Positions 49,349 through 59,439 of a stretch of 64,000 nt of DNA are shown in pieces. The notes beneath the pieces are model-generated. The model worked only from the letters and a program-made list of their open reading frames with translations. It did no database searches and had not been told where the DNA came from. This DNA is from Candidatus Latescibacterota bacterium (GTDB taxonomy: Bacteria; Latescibacterota; UBA2968; UBA8231): contig OZ242214.1 in NCBI GenBank assembly GCA_965206595.1, positions 448,001 through 512,000 of the forward strand, in the 5' to 3' direction. The translations under genes were made by a program, and so were the position numbers. Within the stretch, counting starts at the first letter, position 1, and every line of letters starts with the position of its first letter.

Positions 49349-50530
49349 GTGAATCTGACATGCGACACCACTACCTTCCGCGACCGCCAGGCGATTCGTC
49401 TCGAGAGCGATGCGTTGCAGGTGACCGCGCTGACCGGCTGCGGACACCTGGCGAGTCTGCGCCGCCCGGATGTCGATGTGAACCCGCTGTGGGAACCGCC
49501 CTGGCCGTTGATCGAGCCGGAGGCCTGGGATCCGCGGAAGCATCCGGAAACCTACGGTCCCGGCGAGGGCCGTCTGCTCGCTTCGCTGGCCGGCCACTCA
49601 CTCTGTCTCAATCATTTCGGCGACATCAGCGAAGCCGAGGAGGCCGTGGGCGGGTATCACCACGGGGAAGCGTCGAATCTGCCCTGGACGGTGTTCGCCC
49701 AACAGGCCGATGCCGGCTGTGCCCGCCTCGATTACGGCCTCGACCTGCCGGATGCGCGGATGCGCTTTCTCCGCACCCTGGAGATACGACCGGGCGAATC
49801 GACCCTCTACATCAGGGAGCGCACGACGAACCTGCGGCGCTCGGATGCCCCGTTCTTCTGCCAGCAGCACGTGACGCTGGGGCCCCCTTTTGTCGAAGGG
49901 GGCCTGACCCGCCTCGACCTGCCGGCAAGGAGGGGACAGACGAATCCGGTCGCCATCCACGGCACCGATCCCCTGCTGCCGGACCAGTCATTCGACTGGC
50001 CCGCGGCTCTGCTGCAGGGCAATCGCGGCACCGCCGACCTGAGCCGCTATCCGGAGGATCGCTACATGGCGGTGGCCACGGTCCTTCTCGAACCGGAGGG
50101 AGACTACGCGTTTACCGCGGTCTCGAATCCCCGGCTCGGATTATTGCTCGTGTACGTCTTTCCCCATGAGGTATTTCCCTGGACCACCTTGTGGTACGAA
50201 CACGAGGCCGCCGAGTTCCTCCCTTACAGCAACAGGACGACTGCATGGGGTGTGGAGTTCGGCTCGGTCGCCCTGGCACACAGGGTCATGGACACCATGA
50301 TGGCCGGACCGCTCTTGGGCGTGCCCCGCTTCGGGGCTCTGTCGGCGCGGCACACGGTGGAAGTGAACTACCAGGCCCACATGCTGCGCATTCCGGAGGA
50401 TTGGCAGGGAGTCGAACGCGTCGTCCATGCCGACGGCGAAACGATCGCCGAGGAACGCGGTTCAGACCGGTGTGTGCGAACGCCCAGCGACTGGCGCGTG
50501 TCGACGTGTTCCGCGCCCGCGTGCGCCTGA
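49349..50530 (+). CDS. Galactose-mutarotase-like fold protein
   Basis: GTG start; HGEA..LPW, QQHVTLG, GVEFG motifs. Confidence 0.6.
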   Translation: MNLTCDTTTFRDRQAIRLESDALQVTALTGCGHLASLRRPDVDVNPLWEPPWPLIEPEAWDPRKHPETYGPGEGRLLASLAGHSLCLNHFGDISEAEEAVGGYHHGEASNLPWTVFAQQADAGCARLDYGLDLPDARMRFLRTLEIRPGESTLYIRERTTNLRRSDAPFFCQQHVTLGPPFVEGGLTRLDLPARRGQTNPVAIHGTDPLLPDQSFDWPAALLQGNRGTADLSRYPEDRYMAVATVLLEPEGDYAFTAVSNPRLGLLLVYVFPHEVFPWTTLWYEHEAAEFLPYSNRTTAWGVEFGSVALAHRVMDTMMAGPLLGVPRFGALSARHTVEVNYQAHMLRIPEDWQGVERVVHADGETIAEERGSDRCVRTPSDWRVSTCSAPACA

Positions 50531-50547
50531 TCTTTCGGTGTCCCGGC

Positions 50548-51726
50548 CTATCCAGGCTCCTGAAGAAGGGCGGCCATTTCCCTCAGGCCAATCGCCTCGA
50601 CATCCTCCGACAGCCGGTAGCGCTCGTTTCCGGAATAGAGGATGAAGGACCGCTCCGGTTCGATGTCGTCGCAGGCATTGTGGAAGCCGCGGCTCGGACG
50701 GGGGGTCAGACCGAGCTTGATCTCGATGGCCCAGGGCCGGCGTCCGCCCGGCAGTTCGAGCACCAGATCGACCTCGGCTCCGGCCTGGGTGCGATAGAAG
50801 CTCGCCGCCGTTCCTGGCGGAACCGCCGCCAACAGGTTCTCGATCACGAACCCCTCCCAACTGGCGCCGGCCACGGGATGGCCGGCCAGTGCGTTGTGGT
50901 TTTCGATGCCGAGCAGGGCGTGGACCAGACCGCTGTCCCGGACATAGACCTTGGGGGACTTGACCAGCCGTTTGCGGATGTTGACGTGGAAGGGCCTCAG
51001 GCGGCGCACCAGCAACAGGTCGACCAGCAGATCGATGTACCCGGTAACGGTCGGACTGCTCACCCCCAGGCTGGCTGCCAGTTTTGACGCGTTCAGGAGC
51101 GCGCCCTGGCCGTGGGCCAGCATCGTCCACATCCGCTCCAGCGTCTCGGCCGGTATTCGCCGCAGCGTGAACTCGGACACGTCGCGGTGAAGGTAGGTGC
51201 GAATGAAATCGCGGCGGAAAGCGATGCTGTGGGTATCGCTGGCCGCGAGCAGGCTGTCGGGAAACCCGCCGCGCACCCAGAGCGCGCCCATCGGCGCCGT
51301 CGCAGCGGTGACGTCGAGGACGTCGAGCGGGTTGAGCGGTACGTACTCGATGCGTCCGGCCAGGCTTTCCCCCGACTGCCTGAGCAGGTCCACGGATGCC
51401 GATCCCAGGATCAGGAAGCGGCCCGTGCCTTTGCCCAGCCGCCGGCCACGGTCGATCAGGCCGCGCAACTCCTGAAACAGTTCGGGTGCGCGGTGGATCT
51501 CGTCGAGAACGACGAGGCAATCCTCGTACTCTGAGAGGAACAGGGCTGGATCGGTGAGCTTGGCGCGGTCGGCGCCGGCTTCCAGGTCGAGGTAGAGGGC
51601 ATCTGTCTGTTCCGCGATCGCGTTGGCGAGGGTAGTTTTTCCCACTTGTCGCGGCCCTATCAGCGCAACCGCCGCTTGTCGCTTCAAGGCGGTTCTGATA
51701 AATCGATTTGCACGTCGAGGTATCAT
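50548..51726 (-). CDS. AAA_14 ATPase with DUF4143 domain
   Basis: GPRQVGKTT, VLDEIH, ESLAGR, RGGFP, KSPKVYVRDSG, EVDLV..IEIK. Confidence 0.92.
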   Translation of the reverse strand: MIPRRANRFIRTALKRQAAVALIGPRQVGKTTLANAIAEQTDALYLDLEAGADRAKLTDPALFLSEYEDCLVVLDEIHRAPELFQELRGLIDRGRRLGKGTGRFLILGSASVDLLRQSGESLAGRIEYVPLNPLDVLDVTAATAPMGALWVRGGFPDSLLAASDTHSIAFRRDFIRTYLHRDVSEFTLRRIPAETLERMWTMLAHGQGALLNASKLAASLGVSSPTVTGYIDLLVDLLLVRRLRPFHVNIRKRLVKSPKVYVRDSGLVHALLGIENHNALAGHPVAGASWEGFVIENLLAAVPPGTAASFYRTQAGAEVDLVLELPGGRRPWAIEIKLGLTPRPSRGFHNACDDIEPERSFILYSGNERYRLSEDVEAIGLREMAALLQEPG

Positions 51727-51945
51727 TATCCTTGCAAATTAAAAGTCAATGTTTAAAAAAACAAGGATACAGCCCCAAGGAGTGCCTTGGGGGAGGCCTC
51801 TGAGAAGGACGACTCTCCACTTGGGGCTCGATCACCGAGGCGGGAAGGCTCAGCGGGCAGCATCCCGAGTTCTGGGACTCCATGCGGATACTCCCGAGAT
51901 TATCGAGTTGACGACCGCTAATCGAGGAGGGACAGGAGGATCACC

Positions 51946-52755
51946 ATGAGTGTGCCTGACATTACCCTGGCCTCGGGCCACGCCATCCCGCAACTGGGCC
52001 TGGGCACCTGGCTGTTGCGCGGAAAGCAGTGCCAGGCCGTGGTCGAAGAAGCCCTCGAACTGGGCTATACGCACCTGGATTCGGCCTGGATGTACCAGAA
52101 CCAGGATGCCATCGGCCGCACCCTGAAGGAGGTGGGAGCCGACCGCGACCGGCTCTTCATCACCTCCAAGATCTGGCATTCGCACCTGGAGTACGAGGCG
52201 GCCCTGGAGCAGATGGAGGAGATTCTGCGCGATCTGCGGACCGGATACGTCGACCTCCTGCTCATCCACCACCCCGGTCAGGGCGTGCCGGTGGAACGCA
52301 CCCTGGCTGCCTTCGAGAAAATCCACCGGGCCGGCCGGGCCCGCAGCATTGGCATCAGCAATTTCAGTATCGAGCAGACCGATAAGGCCCGGGCCGCCAC
52401 CGGTTTGCCCATCTGCACCAACCAGGTGGAATACCACCTGCGTCACAACCGCGAAAAACTGCGCCGCCACTGCCACGCCCACGATGTGGTGCTGACCGCG
52501 CACCGCCCGCTGGCCCAGGGCGAGCTGGCCCGGGACAAGGCTCTGAAACAGGTGGCCGCCGAACACGGCAAAACCCCGGCACAGGTGGCCATGAAGTGGC
52601 TTTTGCAAAAAGACATGGTCGTCATCCCCAAGGCCAGCTCAACGGCACATTTGCGCGCCAATCTCGATCTGTTCGACTGGCAGTTGGGAGCCGGGGAGAT
52701 GGCGCGCCTCGACGCAGTGGGGAGCGACCCGGATTTGCTGAACCACAGGCGCTGA
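51946..52755 (+). CDS. Aldo/keto reductase (DkgA/B-like)
   Basis: IPQLGLGTW, DSAWMY, TSKIW, IGISNF, NQVEYH, IPKAS. Confidence 0.92.
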   Translation: MSVPDITLASGHAIPQLGLGTWLLRGKQCQAVVEEALELGYTHLDSAWMYQNQDAIGRTLKEVGADRDRLFITSKIWHSHLEYEAALEQMEEILRDLRTGYVDLLLIHHPGQGVPVERTLAAFEKIHRAGRARSIGISNFSIEQTDKARAATGLPICTNQVEYHLRHNREKLRRHCHAHDVVLTAHRPLAQGELARDKALKQVAAEHGKTPAQVAMKWLLQKDMVVIPKASSTAHLRANLDLFDWQLGAGEMARLDAVGSDPDLLNHRR

Positions 52756-52772
52756 ACCAGCGGTGTATCCAC

Positions 52773-53090
52773 TTACTCAGCGCGTTCCGCCACCTTCTGC
52801 GGCATAAGTCGGTATCCCATCGCCCGCATTATCGAGTTGATGTTGTCGAGGCGCGGATTCCCTTTGGAAGAGAGCGCTTTCTGCAATCCATGACGAGTCA
52901 TCCCGACTTCATCGGCCATCGCGGACAGGCTCCTGACGCGGGCAACGATTCGCAACGCAGACAGCAACGCCGCGGAATCGCCATCCGCGGCGTACTCCTC
53001 GAAGTTCTCCGTCAGAAAGTCCTCTATCTCCTCGGGGTGCTCTCTGAAATACTGCTCGGTCACTTGTCCCAACGTCCTGTACTTAGACAT
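52773..53090 (-). CDS. Addiction-module antidote (HTH) protein; toxin deleted
   Basis: LLSALRIVAR, GMTRHGLQKALSSKGNPRL; upstream relic QKARAYWKEYLSHV* at 53083-53127. Confidence 0.82.
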   Translation of the reverse strand: MSKYRTLGQVTEQYFREHPEEIEDFLTENFEEYAADGDSAALLSALRIVARVRSLSAMADEVGMTRHGLQKALSSKGNPRLDNINSIMRAMGYRLMPQKVAERAE

Positions 53091-53144
53091 GGCTCAAATA
53101 CTCCTTCCAATATGCTCTTGCTTTCTGTAGTAGAAATTAGAGAC

Positions 53145-53160
53145 GCCAACTATAGTTGGC
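53145..53160. promoter_or_regulatory. Perfect 16-bp palindrome, probable TA operator
   Basis: GCCAACTATAGTTGGC upstream of the antidote gene. Confidence 0.55.
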
Positions 53161-53263
53161 AATCAAGGCCGGAGCGAATTCCTTACGGCCTATGTCAGAA
53201 CAGGCGCAGAGCCGAAGTTTGGATCGATCGAAGCAATCCAGTTGAACGCGAAAGGGGGCTGCA

Positions 53264-55276
53264 ATGGCAGGGGGGCGCATTCCGGACGGACCGCTGGTAA
53301 CCTTCGAAGATATCGCGGGCGCCCTGCGGCAGTTGAGCATCGGTGACGGCGGCGTCGTCTACATCCACAGCTCGCTCAGCAGCATGGGGTACGTGGAAGG
53401 CGGGGCCGATACCGTCATCGATGCGTTCCTGCACGTCCTCGGTCCGGCAGGAACGTTCTGTGTTCCCACCATCGTCTACGCCGCCCAAGGGCCGCGGCCG
53501 CCGTTCGACGTTCAGCGAACCCCTTCCGAGGTCGGACGCATCACCGAAACCGCTCGACTGCGCGCCGCGGCGCGGCGCAGCAACAATCCAACCCACAGCG
53601 TCGCGGCTATCGGGACGCGGGCGGAGGAGATAACGACCGGGCACGACCGCGGGAAGGGACGACCGAGCCCCTGGGGTGAGCTGGCCTTCGGCCACGAAAG
53701 CCCGTGGCAGCGATTCTACGACCTCGACGCCACCCTCGTGCTCCTGGGTGTCGACTGGGAGGTCAACACGATGTTCCACTACCAGCAGTGCGTCTTCATC
53801 GAGCCGTACTGGAGCGAGTTCTCGGTCGAGCCCCCTTTTCCCTACTACGACCGAACACCCATGGGACGCGCCCTGGAGGCAGCCGGCATCGTGCGCACAC
53901 GACCGCTGGGTTCGGCGACGGTGACGTGTGTGGAGTCGAGACCGATGGTGGACACGGCCAGCGAGGTGCTGGCGGAAAACCCGGCCCGGTTTTTCAAGGA
54001 CGCCGGGAAGGTTGAGTTCGTTCGCTGGTACCGGAGTCTCCCGGCGCGGCGGCGACGTCTCAGAGCGGGTGCGGCGAAGCTCACGCTGACTCCGTCTGGA
54101 GATCTCCCGGGAGAGAGTCCGGTGCTGGAGCCCCTCCACGTGCGCGCCCTCGTTCTCGAGCTGCAGGAGCGCAGCGCCGCGATCGTGCTTTGCGACCTGC
54201 ACGGGATGAGCAGCCGGCATGTCGTCAAAGCCAGAAGGCAGGTTGAAGAGCGGACCGGCATTCCGGCGGCGCACGTGATGATTGCGTGCACCCACAACCA
54301 CGCCGGACCCGATGCCGCCGACCCCCGGGGAGAGGCGGCGGAGCGGCTCTGCGCCGACGCCGCATCGAGGATCGCAGAGGTCGTCGCTACCGCGCAGGAC
54401 AACCTCCGGGAAGCCCGTGCCGGCACGGCGAGGACGCGGCTCGAGGGGATCGCCCGCAACCGGCGGATGCGCCTTGCGGACGGCAGCGTCGTCACCCTGC
54501 GCCGCTTCGTGCCGTCGTCGTGGCACCAGCTCGAGAAGTGCGTGGAAGCCGGCCCCGTGGATGACGAGCTGACGGTGCTTCGCCTGGAAGGCCTCGAGGG
54601 AGAGCCGGTCGCGGTGCTCACGAGCCTCGGATGTCACAACGATACCGGCGGCATGTACTCGCCCGTCGGGATTTCGGGGGATTTCTTCGGTCACGCCATG
54701 CTGACTCTGGAGAAGCTCTATCCGGGCTGTGCTGCGATGATCGGTTTCGGCGCGGGGGGCGACGTGGACTTCGATTTCCTGCCGTATCTCAACCTCTCGA
54801 GGGCGCGCCGCGAGTATCCGTTCCAGCGGTTCGGCAGGCTGCTGGCTGCCCGGATTGCCGCTGCCAGCGAACGCATCGTGGTCGATGACGGCGGACAGCT
54901 GGAGGTCCGCTCGGAGAGCGTTCCGCTGCGGTTGCGGCCCGGGGCGCGTCAACCGGGCCCGGATGCCGGCGACCTGACTGCCGAGGTGCAGGCGATCCGG
55001 ATCGGAGACCTCGCCGTGGTGGGAGTACCCGGAGAGCTGTTCGCCGAGACCTCGATCGCCCTCAGGGCGGAATCACCGGTTGACAGGCAGATCGTCATCG
55101 GGCTGGCGAACGGCGACCTCGGCTACATACCGCCGCCGGCTGCTTTTGGCAGGGGAGGCTATGAGCTCGAAAACCTGCGCTCACGCGTGGACGAGCGCGC
55201 GGAGCCCGAGCTCAGGAGAAGGACCTCGGGCCTGCTCGCGGACATGGCGAGGGAGCGGACAGCCATCGGCGGGTGA
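53264..55276 (+). CDS. Fusion of AAC(3)-family N-acetyltransferase and ceramidase-like amidohydrolase
   Basis: HSSLSSMG, PTHSVAAIG, SPW, NTMFH; then LRAG, ACTHNHAGP, RNRR, GCH, VPGELF, GYIP. Confidence 0.8.
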   Translation: MAGGRIPDGPLVTFEDIAGALRQLSIGDGGVVYIHSSLSSMGYVEGGADTVIDAFLHVLGPAGTFCVPTIVYAAQGPRPPFDVQRTPSEVGRITETARLRAAARRSNNPTHSVAAIGTRAEEITTGHDRGKGRPSPWGELAFGHESPWQRFYDLDATLVLLGVDWEVNTMFHYQQCVFIEPYWSEFSVEPPFPYYDRTPMGRALEAAGIVRTRPLGSATVTCVESRPMVDTASEVLAENPARFFKDAGKVEFVRWYRSLPARRRRLRAGAAKLTLTPSGDLPGESPVLEPLHVRALVLELQERSAAIVLCDLHGMSSRHVVKARRQVEERTGIPAAHVMIACTHNHAGPDAADPRGEAAERLCADAASRIAEVVATAQDNLREARAGTARTRLEGIARNRRMRLADGSVVTLRRFVPSSWHQLEKCVEAGPVDDELTVLRLEGLEGEPVAVLTSLGCHNDTGGMYSPVGISGDFFGHAMLTLEKLYPGCAAMIGFGAGGDVDFDFLPYLNLSRARREYPFQRFGRLLAARIAAASERIVVDDGGQLEVRSESVPLRLRPGARQPGPDAGDLTAEVQAIRIGDLAVVGVPGELFAETSIALRAESPVDRQIVIGLANGDLGYIPPPAAFGRGGYELENLRSRVDERAEPELRRRTSGLLADMARERTAIGG

Positions 55277-55323
55277 ACGCGCTCTGCGCTCGTGACCGCT
55301 CACGCCATGAATACTCATCCGTG

Positions 55324-57087
55324 TCAGGCAGGACGAGTGCCGCGCGATGCCGGTGGGAGGTTCCAGCGTGTCCCGGCGATGAAGTAGCGCCCGAACAGGT
55401 GGTACCAGTAAACCGTCAGCATCCTGCCGCCATCGAGCTCGACGGAGACCGGGTATCCCATATCCGTGTTGGGCATATCGTCCCTGAGAACCCGCACGGG
55501 CCCCCAGGTCTCCCCCTCATCCTCGCTGATCGACACGCGTATGCCGTTGGTCTCGAGCGTGGCGCTTTCGGGATGACCCGGCTTGAGGCCGTAGCCGAAG
55601 TCTCCCCGGTAGCCGATGGAGCAGAGGAGCCTGCCGTCGCTGAGGACGAGCAGGTCTCCCCGTCCGCCATCGAAGAGCGGGATCTCCCTCGGCGTGCTCC
55701 ACGAAACGCCGTCGTCGTCTGAAAACGACTGCCACAGATTGCCGCCCCGCGGGGGTTGGGTGCGCATCACGGCGACGATCCGGCCCGACCTGGTTCGCGC
55801 CAGCGACGGCTCGCACGGCCAGGGCAGGTGAGCGCTCTCCACATCTTCTTCGCCGATAGTGGACAGGTATTGCCAGGTGGAGCCCCGGTCGTCCGACGCG
55901 AACACGGCAGCCGACTTCGGCGCTCCTTTCGGCGCGACATTGTCGAGCGGCATGAGAATCCTGCCGCCGGGCAGCTCCAGGCACTTGCATTCGGCTATGG
56001 CAGTGGCAAAGGGGGCGTGATCGAACTCGATGGGCTCCTTCTCCCAACTGTGTCCGCCATCGAAGGAACGCAGAACGTGGATGTGATAGTTGCGCCGGTC
56101 CGTCGGTAGGGGGGCGCCCGTGACCGGATCGTAGCGGTCGGAATGCATGTAGTGCATGAGCACGGTACCGTCTCGCAGTTGCATCATCGACGGGTCCCGG
56201 TGGTCCTCGCGGTCACGCTCCGAGACGACCTGATGCTCCGACCAGGTCCGGCCGCCGTCGGAGGAGCGAACGGCGCACACCCGGCCGTTGAGCGCGGACG
56301 TAAAGCCGATTACATGCTCGGGTCCTTCGCGGAAGGCCAGGAGCAGATCGCCGTCGTCGAGCTTCAACACATCGGGCTTCATCACGCAGTGTTTCTCGTG
56401 CGTCCACAGAATCGCGTGTTCGGCCTCGGACGAGTCGGGGAAGTGATCGCGATACACCATTCTGGCCAGGGCGTTGGTGACGTTCTTCAGCTTCAGGTAA
56501 TCGGTCTTGAGGGCGGCCAGCTCCTGCGCCAGGGTTTCCGGCCCCTGCTGCAGCGTGTCCTTGCGGCCGGTGACGGCAAACCAGGTGATGCAGTCGACCT
56601 GCTGCGGCCGCAGCGCCACTCCGATTCGAACCCCCTTGCCGGGCTCTACGAGCCGCGCCGGTACGGACAGCCGGTAGAGGCCGCTGTTGCCGGGCATCTC
56701 CCAATGCCGGTGATATCCCTCGAATGGGGTCGCGACGCTCTCAGGGATGAACTCGAGCTCGAGGTCCTCTCCTTTCCACACGGCGGGCCGCCTGATGCCG
56801 AGATCGAAATCCAGCGCATGCTCACCGTTCACCGAAAGCTCGGCCTTGTTGCCGTACACGTACCCGTAGGGCAGGTTGGCGCTGACGCCGACGAAGCAGA
56901 AAACGGTGTCCCGCTGCTGCGGGCAGGGCGCCGTGAGCCAGGCGAGGTTCTCCTGCGGTCCGCTCTTCCACCACAAGGGGGTGAACCAGCCGGTCGTGGG
57001 ACCGCGGTAATCTGCGACAGGGATGGCTGCAGCAGACGCAACTATCGACTCGAAGCCTTCGACAGTCTGGTATCCTTCATCGTTCAT
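55324..57087 (-). CDS. Sialidase/BNR-repeat protein with N-terminal extra domain
   Basis: Asp-boxes SSDGGRTW, SFDGGHSW, SDDRGSTW, SDDDGVSW, SEDEGETW; GYP. Confidence 0.82.
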   Translation of the reverse strand: MNDEGYQTVEGFESIVASAAAIPVADYRGPTTGWFTPLWWKSGPQENLAWLTAPCPQQRDTVFCFVGVSANLPYGYVYGNKAELSVNGEHALDFDLGIRRPAVWKGEDLELEFIPESVATPFEGYHRHWEMPGNSGLYRLSVPARLVEPGKGVRIGVALRPQQVDCITWFAVTGRKDTLQQGPETLAQELAALKTDYLKLKNVTNALARMVYRDHFPDSSEAEHAILWTHEKHCVMKPDVLKLDDGDLLLAFREGPEHVIGFTSALNGRVCAVRSSDGGRTWSEHQVVSERDREDHRDPSMMQLRDGTVLMHYMHSDRYDPVTGAPLPTDRRNYHIHVLRSFDGGHSWEKEPIEFDHAPFATAIAECKCLELPGGRILMPLDNVAPKGAPKSAAVFASDDRGSTWQYLSTIGEEDVESAHLPWPCEPSLARTRSGRIVAVMRTQPPRGGNLWQSFSDDDGVSWSTPREIPLFDGGRGDLLVLSDGRLLCSIGYRGDFGYGLKPGHPESATLETNGIRVSISEDEGETWGPVRVLRDDMPNTDMGYPVSVELDGGRMLTVYWYHLFGRYFIAGTRWNLPPASRGTRPA

Positions 57088-57282
57088 CTCGCATCTCCTG
57101 GGTGGAGAGACCTGCCCCGGCGAGCATCGGGGTTGGCGCGCGCGGACACCCCTCGACAGGCCGGATCTTCAGCATACTGACGACAACAGCGGGACGCCGA
57201 CGCAAGAACGGTGGTCATGGAACTCCGGCTCCGCAGCAACGGCAGCGACGCCGAAATCCCGTTTATCCTGCCTACCTTTGGA

Positions 57283-58353
57283 TCAACCGTAGACCGCCTG
57301 AATCATGGCATTGATGTAGCCGAAGCAGTAAGCATAGGACTGGTAGTAGCCCTTCGGATCGTCGTCGGTGCGCGGGACGTGGTCGGGATCAATGCCGTAA
57401 CGGTAGCCTGTGTCCTTGAGGGCCTTCAATACCCGGTGGAAGTCCATGTCTCCTTCATCGGGCAGAGCCTCGCGGAAGCTGTAGCGCCCTCCGAGGAGGT
57501 TGCGATAGTGAACCAGGAAGATCGTATTGCGGCTGCCAAAGTATTCCATGATGGGGTAGATTTCACTGGCAGGATCTTCGAGCCCTTCGGCGATGGAGCC
57601 GACGCAGAAGTTCCAGCCGTGATACGGACTGCGCTGTATCTCGATGAAACGCTTCATCCCCTCAAAGTCATTGAGGACTTTGTCAACGCCCTTGTAACCG
57701 GGGGGTGTGGCAGGGTCTTCCTGGGAATTGCCCATTCGAACCTTGCATTCTTCCGCCACCGGAATCATGCGTTCGAGCAGGTACTCGATTCGTTCCCAGT
57801 GCATGTCTGCCGTGACTCGCCCGGCTTCAGTCAGCCTGGCCTGTTCTTCTGCCGGGACCTTGTCCAGGCGGAACGCCGTGTGGTAGTAGCCGCCGCGACC
57901 TTCTTCTCGTTCGGTGCGGTCGATGGGCAGGATGCAAGTGTTATAGCGCAGAGAATCGATACCGGCGCGCGAAGCGGTTCGGATCATTTCGCATACGAGG
58001 TCGATTTCCCGGTCGCGCTCCGGGCTTTTGCCATAGTAGATGATGTTGGGAAATTCCTGATAAATGGGTAGCAGGCTCATATCCAGTGTCAGGCCGAAGG
58101 CCTCGTGGTGCTCTCTTTCCCGGACCAACTCGTCCAGATCCCAGCCACGGCCGGGGTGGAAGGGAAAGGTGGCGGCCTTGTGGCGCACGCCGCAGCGCTG
58201 CAAAAAGCGCAACTCGGCATCAGTTGACCCGAAACTCTGTGTGCGCACATACATACGCCCGCGGTTGGCCGATGTTTGTGAAGCGCCTCCGGCGGCAGAA
58301 GCCGCCGCCTCACCGGCTGCGAGACCTTTTTCGAATGGATCGGATTTCTTCAT
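57283..58353 (-). CDS. Mannonate dehydratase-like (UxuA family)
   Basis: LERMIPVAEE, EDP, FCVGS, VHYRN, DEGDMD, PDHVP; start MKKSD at 58353. Confidence 0.8.
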   Translation of the reverse strand: MKKSDPFEKGLAAGEAAASAAGGASQTSANRGRMYVRTQSFGSTDAELRFLQRCGVRHKAATFPFHPGRGWDLDELVREREHHEAFGLTLDMSLLPIYQEFPNIIYYGKSPERDREIDLVCEMIRTASRAGIDSLRYNTCILPIDRTEREEGRGGYYHTAFRLDKVPAEEQARLTEAGRVTADMHWERIEYLLERMIPVAEECKVRMGNSQEDPATPPGYKGVDKVLNDFEGMKRFIEIQRSPYHGWNFCVGSIAEGLEDPASEIYPIMEYFGSRNTIFLVHYRNLLGGRYSFREALPDEGDMDFHRVLKALKDTGYRYGIDPDHVPRTDDDPKGYYQSYAYCFGYINAMIQAVYG

Positions 58354-58535
58354 GTGATTCCTTTCGTTGGTATGGCGTCGATGTGGCAGGACAGACGACG
58401 CACACTGCCGCTTTTTTGCTTGTGAATCAATATGTCTGTGATGGTATTCACCTGGCGGATTCGCGCGCAGGCACCCGGTCGATGAGCCGCGCCGTGTGAA
58501 ACTCCTGGAGCGGACCCCTCTTGCGGGAGGCAACA

Positions 58536-59020
58536 GTGGCCGAACGATTCAGCAGGAAGTACCGGATCATGTGGAACCAGAACGGGGGCGAGGAAGCCAG
58601 CTACCATCCCCCGATGACGCCGGAGAAGTATGCACAGGCGTTTCTCGGCTTCCTCGAGGGCACCCAGGTCGACGCATTCGTGTCCGGCCTGGGATGGGCC
58701 TCCGGGTACCAGGTGATTTATCCGACCGAGGTCGAGGGCATGGAGTTCATCGTCGACCGGATCGAGTCGGACGTCCCGGTGGGAACGGTCAAGGACTGGC
58801 AGTACGCCGAGAACGTGCGCCGCATCTGGGAGGCCGGATTCGATCCGATCCGGATCCGCATCGACGAGGCGCGCAGGCTCGGGATCGACTACTGGGCGCA
58901 TCTCCACATGAACGACTGGCATCACCTGGAGGTCCTCGACGGGGAGCGCAACATCCTGAGCAGCCGCTTCCACGAACAGAGGCGGGACCTGTTGATCGGC
59001 GAGGAGGGCACCTCCGGGCT
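58536..59020 (+). pseudogene. 5' part of a family-10-like (GHL10) glycosyl hydrolase, truncated
   Basis: YPT.V, GFDP...EARRLGI...LHMNDWHH; homology-like sequence ends at an abrupt GC drop near 59020. Confidence 0.6.
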
Positions 59021-59042
59021 TCCCGAAGGAGATTATATAGAT

Positions 59043-59105
59043 GGCTTCGCAGGAACAGGGCTGGCCTCGGGCCGTCAGGATGCCAATCCGTTACTGATGC
59101 GAGCT
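59043..59105. repeat. 63-bp structured direct repeat, copy 1 (partner 59440-59502)
   Basis: 60/63 identical; self-complementary ends GGCTTCGCA...TGCGAGCT and internal GGCC-TCG-GGCC hairpin. Confidence 0.9.
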
Positions 59106-59115
59106 GAGGATAACC

Positions 59116-59403
59116 TTATGGCTGCGGAATCTTCAGGAGTTCCTTCAGCAACAGAAGTGACTCAGCAGACAATTCCAAATCCACTCCTACGACCGATTCG
59201 GCCCATTCGGATCCCAGTAGAAAAGCTAATTTCGATTGATCCTCGGGACTCTGAGCGTCGGAGAGAATCGCCTGAAGATCATCGATCTTAAAGGTCAGTA
59301 ACTGATTAAATCTATTCCGAGCAGATGGGCCTAAGGACCCTATGAGACAAGCCAGTACGACAAGTGCAGCACCGGTGAGATCGCGTGGCTCATCTGTTGC
59401 CAT
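59116..59403 (-). CDS. Small helical hypothetical protein, paralogue of 60031-60279
   Basis: RBS AAGGA; ungapped N-terminal similarity to the 60031-60279 product. Confidence 0.6.
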   Translation of the reverse strand: MATDEPRDLTGAALVVLACLIGSLGPSARNRFNQLLTFKIDDLQAILSDAQSPEDQSKLAFLLGSEWAESVVGVDLELSAESLLLLKELLKIPQP

Positions 59404-59439
59404 CGTGAGTTATCCTTGTATGGTGGCGAATCGACTTGC

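Noticed and set aside
74-58071. Numerous long antisense or alternate-frame ORFs (e.g. 10108-11778, 13094-14776, 26100-28004, 47616-49361)
   Set aside because: Expected in high-GC DNA; they overlap well-supported genes and lack motifs
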